Source: Anthoceros angustus
Taxonomy: Eukaryota > Plantae > Anthocerotophyta
Assembly (NCBI GenBank): GCA_010909165.1
Contig: MU008164.1
Location: forward strand, 1,054,001-1,118,000
Direction: 5' to 3'
DNA: 64,000 nucleotides
Shown: positions 51,628 through 62,353 of the stretch, piece by piece
How the letters are laid out: every line of letters begins with the position of its first letter
How positions within the stretch are numbered: position 1 is the stretch's first letter
Position numbers and translations under genes: made by a program
The notes under the pieces: generated by a model
Database searches by the model: none
Told to the model about the DNA's origin: nothing
What the model saw: the letters and a program-made list of their open reading frames with translations, nothing else

Positions 51628-51800
51628 TTGCCGGATGCGTTTGTAGCCAACAGTTTGGCGAACAGGCATGCCAAGTGTGGCAGACTAGAGGATTTTCAGA
51701 GAGCGTTTGACGGACCTGGTCAGAAGGATGTGGGTGATATGGAATGCCATGATTGCAGGGTATTCCCAGCAGGGCATGGGGGAGGAAGCTCTGTGACTAA
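51628..51800 (+). pseudogene. PLS-PPR gene relic
   Basis: FVANSLAN.HAKCG.LED.QR.FDG.GQKDV closely resembles the S/P motifs of the neighbouring PPR gene; frameshifted. Confidence 0.8.
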
Positions 51801-52283
51801 TACCCTGCATGAGATGTCGAGGCATGCCTCAGGAAGGTTTCTCAAATCTTCTCGGCATGACTTTATCAATCTCTTTCCCAAATATCTCGACTGCGTGGAG
51901 GTACTTTAATCCGCGCATCATCAGTCTTCGGCATTTCACAAGGTGCAGAAGTTAACACTTCACCTACAGGCACCTGCATCGTATTCTTGCTAGCATTGCT
52001 GTATGCTGCATGGGTACTGGAGATCACATACGTCATCACCGACTGTGGTGTGGCCAGACTCGGAGAATCAAGTGTGCTGCTCCGGGGGCTAACCTTCGCA
52101 AACTACAGGTGTGTCATGACACAAACACATGTACAGATCGAGAGGTGATGCTGAAATGTTGTGTGTGCTTCTGTGTATCTCCATTTTACTGACGCCAGTT
52201 CCCGACCTCTTGTGCGCCATAGATGGTTGCCCAGGTAGTGCCCGGCGACGGGTCGGTGCCTCTCGCACCCATACCTGCAAGCT

Positions 52284-55200
52284 ATGGCTGCCTGGAGCAT
52301 GCTCGCAGGTATTCTGGTCAGAGCTCCCGCCCAGCTAACCCCAAGGAACCACCGCTTGACAAGCAGCCAAGCCGCCAGGTGCAGCACCCTTGCAAAAAGG
52401 CCAGCCCGTCCAACAGCTGGAGACGGATCGTGCAGCGAGAGTCGTCGGCAGGCGTTCCTGTGGCGGCAATTCTTTCGGGATCCTGCACTTTGGTGGGATT
52501 GCAGGCAAGGCAAGAAGAGGGCTCGTTGGCCTGACTTCCGCCATCGGGAATCCCGGGAGGTGCTCTGGCTGAATAGTCTGTATAAGCCAGAGTGGGTGGA
52601 TGCGCAGCTTGCTTCTCTGGATAGGAAGATGGGTCATCCTGACCCTGATGGGCCTGCTGGGTACGAAAGGGACGTGACGGCTGAAAATGTGAACAAGCTC
52701 TGTCAGCAGGGTCGGCTCACTGAGGCTGTTAAGGCTTTGGGAGCTCTGGTGCAGACAGAGTGTTGGATTCCCGTCTCTCTCTTTTGTGCTGTATTGAAGA
52801 AATGTGTGGTGGAGAAGGATCTCGTTCTGGGTCGCCTTGTCCATGCTTTGACTGTGAGAAAGGGGTATCAGTCCGACACGGTTCTGGGCACCCGCATTTT
52901 TCGAATGTATGCTTCCCATGGCAGGTTGCAAGATGCGATGGATGTGTTTGCAGGCGTTGCAGAACCAGATGTCTTCACGTGGTCTGCTGTAATTACTGCG
53001 AATGTTAAACACGGGCAAGACAGGCAGGCCATAGAACTGTATCATCGGATGCGCAGGTCAAGTGTGAAACCTGATGGCCATGTGTTTGTGCCAGCCCTTC
53101 AGGCTTGTGCGAGGGAGTCGGACTTGAAAACCGGGCACCAGGTGCATGCTGACGTTTTGGCCAGTGGCGTTGAGCCTGACTTATTTGTATCTGCTTCCTT
53201 GGTGAATATGTACGCAAAGTGTGGCAACTTGGAGGATGCTCGGAGAGTGTTTGATGGGCTTGGTGAAAAAGATGTGGTGACATGGACTGCTCTCATTGCA
53301 GGGTACTCCCAGCGGGGCATGGGGCAGGAAGCCCTTGGTGTTTACAGTGCTATGCAAGAGGAAGGCATCGCTGTCCCCAACTCTGTGACTTTCGTGTGCC
53401 TCCTGCAGGCGTGTGCAATTGTGGGCACATCAGCTTTGGAAGAGGGGAAGCAGCTGCATGAACAAATCAAAGAACGAGGATATGAAGGTCATCTGATCGT
53501 AGCCAACAGTTTGGTCAGCATGTACACAAAGTGTGGCAGCCTAGAGGATGCCCAGAGGGTGTTTGACAGACTTGGCCAGAAGGATGTAGTGTCATGGAAT
53601 TCCATGATAGCAGGGTGTTCCCAGAAGGGCTTTGTGCAGGAAGCCTTTCTTCTCTACAGTGCCATGCAAGAAGAAGGTATATCTGAACCAGATACTGTGA
53701 CTTTTGTGTGCCTCCTGCAGGCATGTGCAAGTGTGGGCACCCTTGCTTTGGAGAAGGGGAAGCAGCTGCATGAGCAAATTAGAGTGCGAGGACATGAAGC
53801 TGATGTGTCTATAGCCAAAAGTTTGATTACAATGTATGCAAAGTGTGGCAGTCTGGAGGATGCACAGAGAGTGTTTGACGGAGTAGGTCGAAAAGATCTG
53901 GTGACTTGGAATGCTATGATCTCAGGGTTTACCCAGCAGGGCATGGGACAGGAAGCCCTTGATCTCCACGGTATGATGCAAGAAGAAGGCATCATTGTAC
54001 CCGATTCCATGACATTCATGTATCTCCTGCAGGCATGTGCAAGCTTAGGCACCCCAGCTTTGGAGAAGGGGAAGCAGCTTCATGCACAAATTAGAGAACG
54101 AGAACATCAAGCTGATATGTTTGTAGCCAACACTTTGGTGAACATGTACGCAAAGTGTGGCAGCCTAGAGGATGCTCAGAGGGTGTTTGACGGACTTGTT
54201 CAGAAGGATGTGGTGACATGGAATGCCATGATTGCAGGCTATTCCCAGCAGGGCATGGGACAGGAAGCTCTTCGTCTTTACAGTGCTATGCGAGATGAAG
54301 GGATCGCTGTACCAGATGGTGTGACATTTGTGTGCCTGCTGCAGGCATGTGCGAATGTGGGCACCTCAGCTCTTGTCATGGGGAAGGAGCTTCATGCGCA
54401 AATCCGAAAACGAGCACATCAAGCTGATGGGTTTGTAGCCAGCAGTTTGGTGAACATGTATGGAAAGTGTGGCAGCTTGGAAGATGCGCAGGCTGTGTTT
54501 GATGGACTTGGTGAAAAAGATGTGGTGACGTGGACTGCTCTAATTGCAGGGTATTCCCAGCAGGGCATGGGGCAGGAAGCTCTTCGTCTCTACAATGCTA
54601 TGCGAGAAGAAGGCATTGCTGTACCTGATTCGGTGACATTTGTAAGTCTCCTGCAGGCTTGTGCAAGCGTGGGCACTTCAGCTTTGGAGATGGGGAAGCA
54701 GTTTGATTTTCAAATTAGAGAACGAGGATATCTAGCTGATGTGTTTGTGGCCAGCAGTTTGGTGAACATGTATGCAAAGTGTGGCAGCATGGAGGATGCT
54801 CAGACTCTGTTTGACGGACTTGGTCCAAAAGAGGTTGTGACGTGGACTGCTCTAATTGCAGGGTATTCCCAGCAGGGCATGGGGCAGGAAGCCCTTTGTC
54901 TCTACAGTGCTATGCAAGAAGCAGGTATCGCTGTACCTGATTCAGTGACATTTGTGTGCCTCCTGCAGGCATGTGCAAGTGTGGGCAGCCCAGCTTTGAT
55001 GAAGGGGAAGGAGCTTCATGCACAAGTTAGGGAACGAGGACATCAGGCTGATGTGTTTATAGTCAGCAGTCTGGTGAACATGTATGCAAAATGCGGCAGC
55101 TTGGAAGATGCTCAGACACTGTTCAACGAACTCGATCAAAAAGAGGTGGTGACATGGACTGCTCTAATTGCAGCTTACTCCCAGCAGGGCATGGGGCAGG

Positions 55201-56981
55201 AGGCTCTCCGTCTTCACCATGATATGCAACAGGAAGGAATAGCGGTTGCTGATTCTGTGACACTTGTGTGCCTCCTGCAGGCATGTGCAAGTGTGGGTGC
55301 CCCAGCTTTGGAAAAGGGGAAGCAGATTCATGCACGAATTAGAGAATTAGGGTATGAATCTGATAATTTCCTAGCCAACAGTTTGGTTAGCATGTATGCA
55401 AAGTGTGGCAGCCTGCAGGATGCTCAGAGGGTGTTTGATGCACTTGGTCAAAAGGATGTTGTGTCGTGGAATGCCATGATAGCAGCATGTTCTCAACAAG
55501 GCATGGGTCGGGAAGCACTTCATCTCTACAGTGCCATGCAAGAAGAAGGCATAGCTGAACCGAATTCTGTGACATTTGTATGTCTGCTGCAGGCATGTGC
55601 AAGTGTGGGGTCTCCAGGTTTGGAGATGGGGAAGCAGCTTCATGCACAATTTAGGGGACATGGATATCGAGCTGATGGCTTTGTAGAAAGCAGTCTGGTA
55701 AACATGTATGCAAAATGTGGCAGCCTGCGGGAGGCCCACAGAATGTTCGATGGACTTAGTCAAAAAGACATAGTGACGTGGAATGCCTTGATAGCCGGGT
55801 ATTCCCAGCAGGGCATGGGCCAGGAAGCTCTTCGTCTTTATAATACTATGCAAGAAGAAGGCAGCGCGGTACCCAATGCAGTCACATTCATCTGCCTCCT
55901 GCATGCATGTGCAAATGTGGCAGCTTTGCATCTGGGAAGGCAGATCCATGCACAGGTTGAAGAAATGGGGTATCAAGCTGATGAGTTTGTGGCCAGCAGT
56001 TTGATAAACATGTACGGAAAATCTGGGAGCATGGTTGATGCACAGCAGGTATTTGATGCGCTGCCAGAAAAAGACGTGTCTGCCTGGAGTGCACTGATTG
56101 CAGGTTACAGTTCTCATGGAGACAGTGAAGTGGTATTCGACTTGGTCCAGAGAATGAGCAAGGATGGCATACAGCCAGTTGGCATTACATTCCTGAGTAT
56201 ACTAGCAGTCTGCAGCCATGTGGGCTTGGTGAACAAGGGCAGAGAGTACTTTGAGGCTATGAGCAAACACTACCACATCACGCCCACAGTGGAGCACTAC
56301 ACGTGCATGGTGGATCTCTTGGGCCGTGCAGGCAGACTGGATGAAGCACTAGCTTTGGTAAGAACAATGCCTGTGCTGCCCAACGCTGCAGTTTGGCACA
56401 CTCTGTTGGGTGCCTGTCAAAAGTGGAGCAACATGGAAGTGGGATGCCATGCTTTTGACCAAGCAATGAAGTTAGATAGGAAAGATTCTGCAGCATATGC
56501 ACTAATGTCGAACATATTCGCAGGTGCCCAGTTGTGGGACCTGGCACAAAAAGTACAGGCCTGCAGAGTAAGATTCAGGGCATGGAAGCAGCCAGGTCAG
56601 AGCTGGTGGACAGACATGGGCGGACAGGTGCATAGCTTTTTGGTTGGGGCTGAGGAGCATACCAAGAGTGAGGCCAGCCTCAAACAGCTATTATCCAAAA
56701 TGAAAAAGGACGAGTATGTGTCAAAAGTGCACTTGTCGCCAGTAGACATATCTCAAGTTAAAAAGGAAGATCATTTGTGTGGGCATGCCGAGAAGCTGGC
56801 TACTGCATATGCCCTAAACACGACAGCCGATGGCACCATACTCATTGTGAGAAGTCTGCAGTTTTCTGCTGACTGTGACACTGCCTCGAAGTACGTTTCG
56901 GCAGTAGAGGAACCAACTTTAATCTGCAGGGATGCATTTGAAAGGCATCCATTCCCTCCGCAGCTGTGCCGATTGTGCTGA
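52284..56981 (+). CDS. PLS-class PPR protein with N-terminal PDF-like motif and E/E+/atypical WW-type DYW domain (organellar RNA-editing factor family), intronless, 1565 aa
   Basis: Transit-peptide-like N-terminus; WRQFF.DP..WWD.R..K....PDF.H.....LW motif; about 36 P/L/S motifs with a 312-nt triplet period; VEHYTCMVDLLGRAG; PG box KQPGQSWWTD; HAEKLA...SADC. Confidence 0.95.
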   Translation: MAAWSMLAGILVRAPAQLTPRNHRLTSSQAARCSTLAKRPARPTAGDGSCSESRRQAFLWRQFFRDPALWWDCRQGKKRARWPDFRHRESREVLWLNSLYKPEWVDAQLASLDRKMGHPDPDGPAGYERDVTAENVNKLCQQGRLTEAVKALGALVQTECWIPVSLFCAVLKKCVVEKDLVLGRLVHALTVRKGYQSDTVLGTRIFRMYASHGRLQDAMDVFAGVAEPDVFTWSAVITANVKHGQDRQAIELYHRMRRSSVKPDGHVFVPALQACARESDLKTGHQVHADVLASGVEPDLFVSASLVNMYAKCGNLEDARRVFDGLGEKDVVTWTALIAGYSQRGMGQEALGVYSAMQEEGIAVPNSVTFVCLLQACAIVGTSALEEGKQLHEQIKERGYEGHLIVANSLVSMYTKCGSLEDAQRVFDRLGQKDVVSWNSMIAGCSQKGFVQEAFLLYSAMQEEGISEPDTVTFVCLLQACASVGTLALEKGKQLHEQIRVRGHEADVSIAKSLITMYAKCGSLEDAQRVFDGVGRKDLVTWNAMISGFTQQGMGQEALDLHGMMQEEGIIVPDSMTFMYLLQACASLGTPALEKGKQLHAQIREREHQADMFVANTLVNMYAKCGSLEDAQRVFDGLVQKDVVTWNAMIAGYSQQGMGQEALRLYSAMRDEGIAVPDGVTFVCLLQACANVGTSALVMGKELHAQIRKRAHQADGFVASSLVNMYGKCGSLEDAQAVFDGLGEKDVVTWTALIAGYSQQGMGQEALRLYNAMREEGIAVPDSVTFVSLLQACASVGTSALEMGKQFDFQIRERGYLADVFVASSLVNMYAKCGSMEDAQTLFDGLGPKEVVTWTALIAGYSQQGMGQEALCLYSAMQEAGIAVPDSVTFVCLLQACASVGSPALMKGKELHAQVRERGHQADVFIVSSLVNMYAKCGSLEDAQTLFNELDQKEVVTWTALIAAYSQQGMGQEALRLHHDMQQEGIAVADSVTLVCLLQACASVGAPALEKGKQIHARIRELGYESDNFLANSLVSMYAKCGSLQDAQRVFDALGQKDVVSWNAMIAACSQQGMGREALHLYSAMQEEGIAEPNSVTFVCLLQACASVGSPGLEMGKQLHAQFRGHGYRADGFVESSLVNMYAKCGSLREAHRMFDGLSQKDIVTWNALIAGYSQQGMGQEALRLYNTMQEEGSAVPNAVTFICLLHACANVAALHLGRQIHAQVEEMGYQADEFVASSLINMYGKSGSMVDAQQVFDALPEKDVSAWSALIAGYSSHGDSEVVFDLVQRMSKDGIQPVGITFLSILAVCSHVGLVNKGREYFEAMSKHYHITPTVEHYTCMVDLLGRAGRLDEALALVRTMPVLPNAAVWHTLLGACQKWSNMEVGCHAFDQAMKLDRKDSAAYALMSNIFAGAQLWDLAQKVQACRVRFRAWKQPGQSWWTDMGGQVHSFLVGAEEHTKSEASLKQLLSKMKKDEYVSKVHLSPVDISQVKKEDHLCGHAEKLATAYALNTTADGTILIVRSLQFSADCDTASKYVSAVEEPTLICRDAFERHPFPPQLCRLC

Positions 56982-57259
56982 TTCTCATTGAAAGTTTCCT
57001 GGTGGTCCCTTGTCATGTTCGCTCCTGAAGTCTGAGGATTCTGCATTTCTTAAAATTTTGGCAAAATTGCATTCAATGAAATTGGCCAGAAGTAGAGACT
57101 CCAGGCCATGACAAGCTTCTGAGACAAGAAAATGTAGACATGCAGTTGGAGCTGGAGCGTGACTTTTGCAGGCATTGACCAAAGACCTCAACCCCACAAC
57201 ATTGCTGTGGCCGTCACATGTTATTAATAAGGTTCGCTGCCTCACCTTGCGACTGCTAT

Positions 57260-57375
57260 CACAAGCACCACACCCAGATATCAGGGCATTCCATGTCACC
57301 ACTCCCTTTGTGACCAAGCTGTCAAAGCCCCACGATCCCCTGCACTTGGCATACATGTCCACCAGGCAATTGCAA
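57260..57375 (-). pseudogene. Inverted PLS-PPR relic
   Basis: LVDMYAKC...FDSLVTKGVVTWNALISG on the minus strand. Confidence 0.65.
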
Positions 57376-58184
57376 CCACTATGTTTTCTAGACGGCCTTT
57401 TCACAATCTGGGGGTGCAGCTACCTGCCCCTTTGAGATCACCTTAGCTTGCGCAGGCCTCCAAAAGGCAAACGAAAGTCACATGGCTAGCCACAAATGGT
57501 GGCAGTCGAAAATCGGGCCTCCTTCTCCATTTGTTCATCCAGGACAAGGGCCTCCTGACCAAGCCGTTGTTGAGCGCACCCAGCAATCGGGGCCGTCCAT
57601 GTCACCGTGCCAATCAGTACGTGAAGTCTTTGGTATCCTCTTGAACTTTGAGAGCTGTTTTGCCATTGTATTTGCTGCATCGATATGTCACGTGGTTTAA
57701 CTGGTACTGTCTAACAAATTTTGTGGTTGACATAGTTTGTCTAGAGGCAAGATGCTACGGTTGCTTCAAGAAAAGCTTTTCTCGGTTTGCTCAGGGCACT
57801 GGAATCCTGATCCTTTTTTGCAATGAAGGCGATTTTGCTGGAGTCGCGAGTGTCTTTCAATGTGGGCCTTGATTTTAGACCCTAGCCCAGAACTACACAT
57901 TCTTCACACAACAAAAAAGTTCATTGCAGGCTGCAGAGTCTCAAGTGGGGAACTTGTTGACAACTCCTCCGGGATGTGCATCAGATTTGCAGCTTAGATA
58001 TTTCATTCGTCGGAGGGCATGTCCTCCCACGCCTGTTCCTTTGATGAAGCCCGTGACTCAGTCTGAATAGTACTGATGCAAATCCATCGGTGACACCGCA
58101 AACTGTGGATGCAAAATAAAACCTGTCACCTCAATTGCTCAGGTATTCAAGCACCTACCAAAGGGCTTTACATATGCGCTGGAC

Positions 58185-59340
58185 TCTCACCAAAAGCTAC
58201 AATGGACAAAGTTGTAAACTTTTTTGACCAAGGTAAGAGATGTTAGAATATATTCGCCCCCCCCTAATTGGGAACTCTATAAATGGGATTCCTCTCTAAA
58301 TGGGACCTCCATCTTACTCCCTTTAGTTTACACTATAAAAAATGGGACTTTCCCTAAATGATAATTAGGACCTTTTGAAACATACATTCATATTAATTTC
58401 ACTTTCCTAAATGGGATTTTTAATTTTTTTACTAAAAAAAGAAAAAAAAAATCGATTATTCCATAGCACAATAGACTTTTAGGTATGGTTGAAGACTCCT
58501 AAGCTAAGCTTTTTCCTATATGATAGGTAGAGGTTTTTTAATGCTACTTAGAAAGAGTGCTATCTTTCAAGCAACTATATAGAACAGTGGTAAAAGTGAT
58601 TTTTAGTGAAACCTATCAATCAAAATTTATTTTTTCTTTTTTTGGATTTTTTATTTATAATATTTATAATATTTATAATATTCTTAAATAGGGCACCTCT
58701 CTTAATGGAACCTCTAAAGGCACTCCGAACCAGTCCCAATTAGGGGGGGTGGACTGTGTTTAGAAATCGTTGGTTACGGATAGCTCGAGCAAGGAGTCGC
58801 TCATCTTCAAGTCCACACCACGAGGTACCATGGACAAAGTTGTAACATTTTCTGACCAGCATAAGAGATTTTCAAAGTCAGGATTACGGATAAAACTCTT
58901 TATTCTATGGCACACCATAAGCTACAAGGGATGAAGATGTTACTTTTTGAGACCAACATAAGAGATATTAGAACTTTTCAAAGTCATTAATTTCAATTCT
59001 AGAATACCCCATTATTCCGAGACACAACATAAGTTATAATGGAGAAAGTTGTAGCCTTTTTGAACCTGCATTGGAGATGTTAAAAGTTTTCAAAGTCACT
59101 AATTACTTATAAAATCTGTGTCATACTAAGATTTTGAGATTTTCAAAGTTGTTAACCTCGGGTGGTCCAATAGGGTCAACAAAAGGGTATCAAACCAGAC
59201 TCGAGTATTACATGTGTATTTCAAAGCCTAAGACAAAGCCCTCGTTATCCTAAGACACATCAAAAGCTACAACGGACAAAGTTGTAACCATTTTAAACTG
59301 GCATAGGAGATGTTAGGAATTTGTTAAGTGTACAAAGAGT
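58185..59340. repeat. Degenerate ~100-120 bp repeat array, probably TE-derived
   Basis: At least 5 copies of aaagctacaa.ggacaaagttgtaa...tttt.acca.cataagagatgttagaa. Confidence 0.7.
58251..58756. mobile_element. Tc1/mariner-pogo-type MITE (~500 bp)
   Basis: TIRs tattcgcccccccctaattggga... and ...tcccaattagggggggtggactg, TA on the left flank and an AT-rich interior. It interrupts the repeat array. Confidence 0.7.
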
Positions 59341-59862
59341 CAACAAAAGGGTGTGGGAAATGTCACCGGCTTATGCAGGTTCGAATACAAAACCCGCTGT
59401 TTCGACGTAGGAGGAACTCAGCTTCGGATATACACACTCTTGACATCTCAGTTCTCGGTACATAAAAGAGCGGGCTCTTCCCGAAGAGCCCGCGCCTGTG
59501 ACCAATCTCAGGTTCTTGGCAAATTAGGGTTTTTCGGTAGAGAGTGAGAGTGCATACCCTAACATTCCAAGGGGAGGACGCCTCTGAGTATTTTGAGGGG
59601 AGCAGCCAGTGGCATGTGGGCATTCAAAGCAGTGAAGAAGCATCAGCTCAAAAAATTGAACAGAGCGCGCAAGAATCAGAACTCTGATCCAAGAGCTTGA
59701 ATCAAGCCAAATCCTCCTTCTAAGCGCTTGGCGAAAACGTGGGCGCTTCCAGTTTAAGAAAAAATTTTCTGAATGACCGTCCTTGGGCTTAGTAGCCGGC
59801 TCCAGTGGAGATTCACGACGGTCGTGCCAACCTGTGCTGCCCTAAATTCGAGAGCTTGAGCG

Positions 59863-60796
59863 ATGGCTGTGTCGGATTTGTTTGCACCTCAGGTGGTTTT
59901 GGAGACCACCATGGGCTCGATCACGGTGGAGGTAAAGCTGAAGATGAGAGGAGTTTAGATGACTGCTCATGTCTTGCTTTCTTCCAAATTTCTGAGTTGC
60001 ACCGTGCGTGCTGGCAGCTCTATGTTAAGCAGGCGCCGAAGACGTGCCGAAACTTTATGGAGCTTTCCAGGAGAGGGTATTACGATCAGGTCAAGTTCCA
60101 CAGGGTCATCAAGGTGAGTGATGGCCGCTTGGACTGGGTCGGACATGGACATGGACATTGGCATGGACTGGAGATTCTGTAGATGGGCTTAGGTTCCTCT
60201 GGCCGGGCTGACGCTTATGCTTAATCCCCAGGACTTCATGGTGCAAGGAGGCGACCCGACAGGCACCGGCAGAGGGGGAGAGTCGATCTACGGGTGCGTT
60301 GTCTGTGCACTGGAGTGTCAACATGCTGCGGTTTAGGGTTTTAACGTGCGCTGCACCAAATGCATCAGCCCCAAGTTCGAAGACGAGGTTACACGAGAAT
60401 TGAAGCACACCGGTGCCGGGATACTGTCCATGGCGAACTCAGGTCCAAATACCAATGGTAGCCAGTTTTTCATCACGCTAGCTCCAACACCTTGGCTGGA
60501 TGGTGAGCTCGTTCTCCCGCGTTTTGTGCAGAACTGTGTCCTCCGCTGCTAATCTGTTCGCTTTCTGCTGCTAGGCAAGCACACCATCTTCGGGCGGGTG
60601 ATGAGGGGCATGGACGTGGTGAAACAGCTTGGAAACGTGCACACGGACAAGAGTGACAGGTTCAGAATCTTTCCACACCCCCCCAGCTTAAACTTAGTTT
60701 ACTCCACTGTGGATCGAGCTGTAGTCTAATAATCTGTCTGCTACTGGCAGGCCTATCCATGACGTGAAAATTATCAGGACACATGTGATGGATTAG
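59863..60796 (+). CDS. PPIL1: Cyclophilin-type peptidyl-prolyl isomerase, PPIL1/CYP18-2-like, multi-exon
   Basis: [13 protein letters not shown]|[17 protein letters not shown]|[49 protein letters not shown] and KHTIFGRV. Telo-box upstream at 59525-59532. Confidence 0.93.
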
Positions 60797-60982
60797 GTTC
60801 ACCTCACTGGTGGCCCCACTCCAAGTTGAATTGAATCAAGTCACCTTCACCAGGCAGCGAGTTACTGCCCTGGAACTGGCCACATCTTATCTGAGACTAT
60901 TCCACTACCTACACTCTCTTAAAGCCCAAGGTACCCGCACACAAGCATTCTTCATGTTTTCAGAGGTGGCCAGCTGCCCCTA

Positions 60983-62353
60983 ATGGACATCGACAACGAT
61001 GCTTTCCATGATCAATCCCCCACGGACCACCCAACCACTCAACAGACTGGAGCAGGAAATCGGAATCGACATTCCCGAGGTGTGAAAAAAATCTGGATCA
61101 TCAGCGAGCTGCAATTGGTGGTCGCGGTCCCTTCATATCTCAACGCCCAACAGCAGCCACAAACAAGCAGGCAGTTGTCTCGCCGACCCCGGTTCCTGAG
61201 CTGGCAGGCAGGCGCTCTGATCCACAGCACCGGCTGCAGCCGGTGACCCGAACGATATTCTTGTCAGGACATCGACATGACCGATGACCATCCACGTGGC
61301 AGGGCACGATTGCCGCTACCTCCTTGTGGCTCAGGTCCTCCCGGTGTGTCGGCCCCACGTGTCCGTGACAAAGCCGCCACATGTGGCCTGTAATGCTGCG
61401 TCTGACTGTCTGACTCACTCAAGACTCGGCCAGAGATTCGATCCTGCGACCCCCTTAATCACAGTCTTGTGCCTTCGCAACCCCGCCACCAGATCTGCGT
61501 GAGCAAATATCAAGCAAAAATCACGCCTCAAAAAATCACGCTCTACCGCCGCCAGCCCCCGCGGTGTGCAACGTACCTGCATACCTGGGATTGCCATTCT
61601 TTTGGTTACATTCACTTCACATTCCGTATGGGCGTGGAGCAGAAAATGCGCGCTCGTTTATGTCTGGCGGTCAAGTACGCAGACATGCAAGGCTGCGAGA
61701 AATTGACGACCATGGTATTTCCCCGTCCAGAAGCACTGCCCACGACAGCTGGTCATTTGGAGGGGCGTTGGAATGTGTGGTGGCAGATTCATGGCTGAAA
61801 TCGTTTTAACAATTTTGTGGAATGCGGAACTGGAGTAGGTAGTGGCAGCAGGAGAGCAACCCATGTGACAGGCCCATGTGACGAGAGAGCCGTAAGCCAG
61901 GATGTGGCTGACATTTCAGTCCAGCAAAAAGCCCTTTCCCTGGGGGAAAACGATGCAAAGCGATATCCAGTGCTACGGTGGGGCCGCCTGGACAGTTAGG
62001 TTGCACCGGAATCGGACTTGGCGGGGAGAGAAGTACTGAAACTAGTGGCGGACAGGAGTCATGTCCACGCCAGCTTGGGTGACACCAAAAACCTGCACCA
62101 CCACTTGGACTGCTGGGGCATGTGGAAGTGGAACCTGCTCCAGCGCACCTGGATATTATGTGGACCAACAACGGCTGCGTACAAGTACAAAATTTCTGCT
62201 CCTCCGCATTTTTGCAAACGCACTTGGGATTCCTGTCGGATCATGATAAGACTCCTATTCATTCATGGGCTAGAAGAAGAAGATGATGAAGAAGAAGAAG
62301 TCTATTGTAGTCCATTTGGATGGAATTTTTCTATCGTGGAACGTGGTATTTAA
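60983..62353 (+). other. Fragmented coding-like region, product unrecognised
   Basis: Chain of same-strand ORFs with protein-like composition; no family recognised. Confidence 0.25.

Noticed and set aside
61425-61495. tRNA-like T-arm on the minus strand (ggtcgcaggatcgaatc)
   Set aside because: The anticodon and acceptor stems do not pair.
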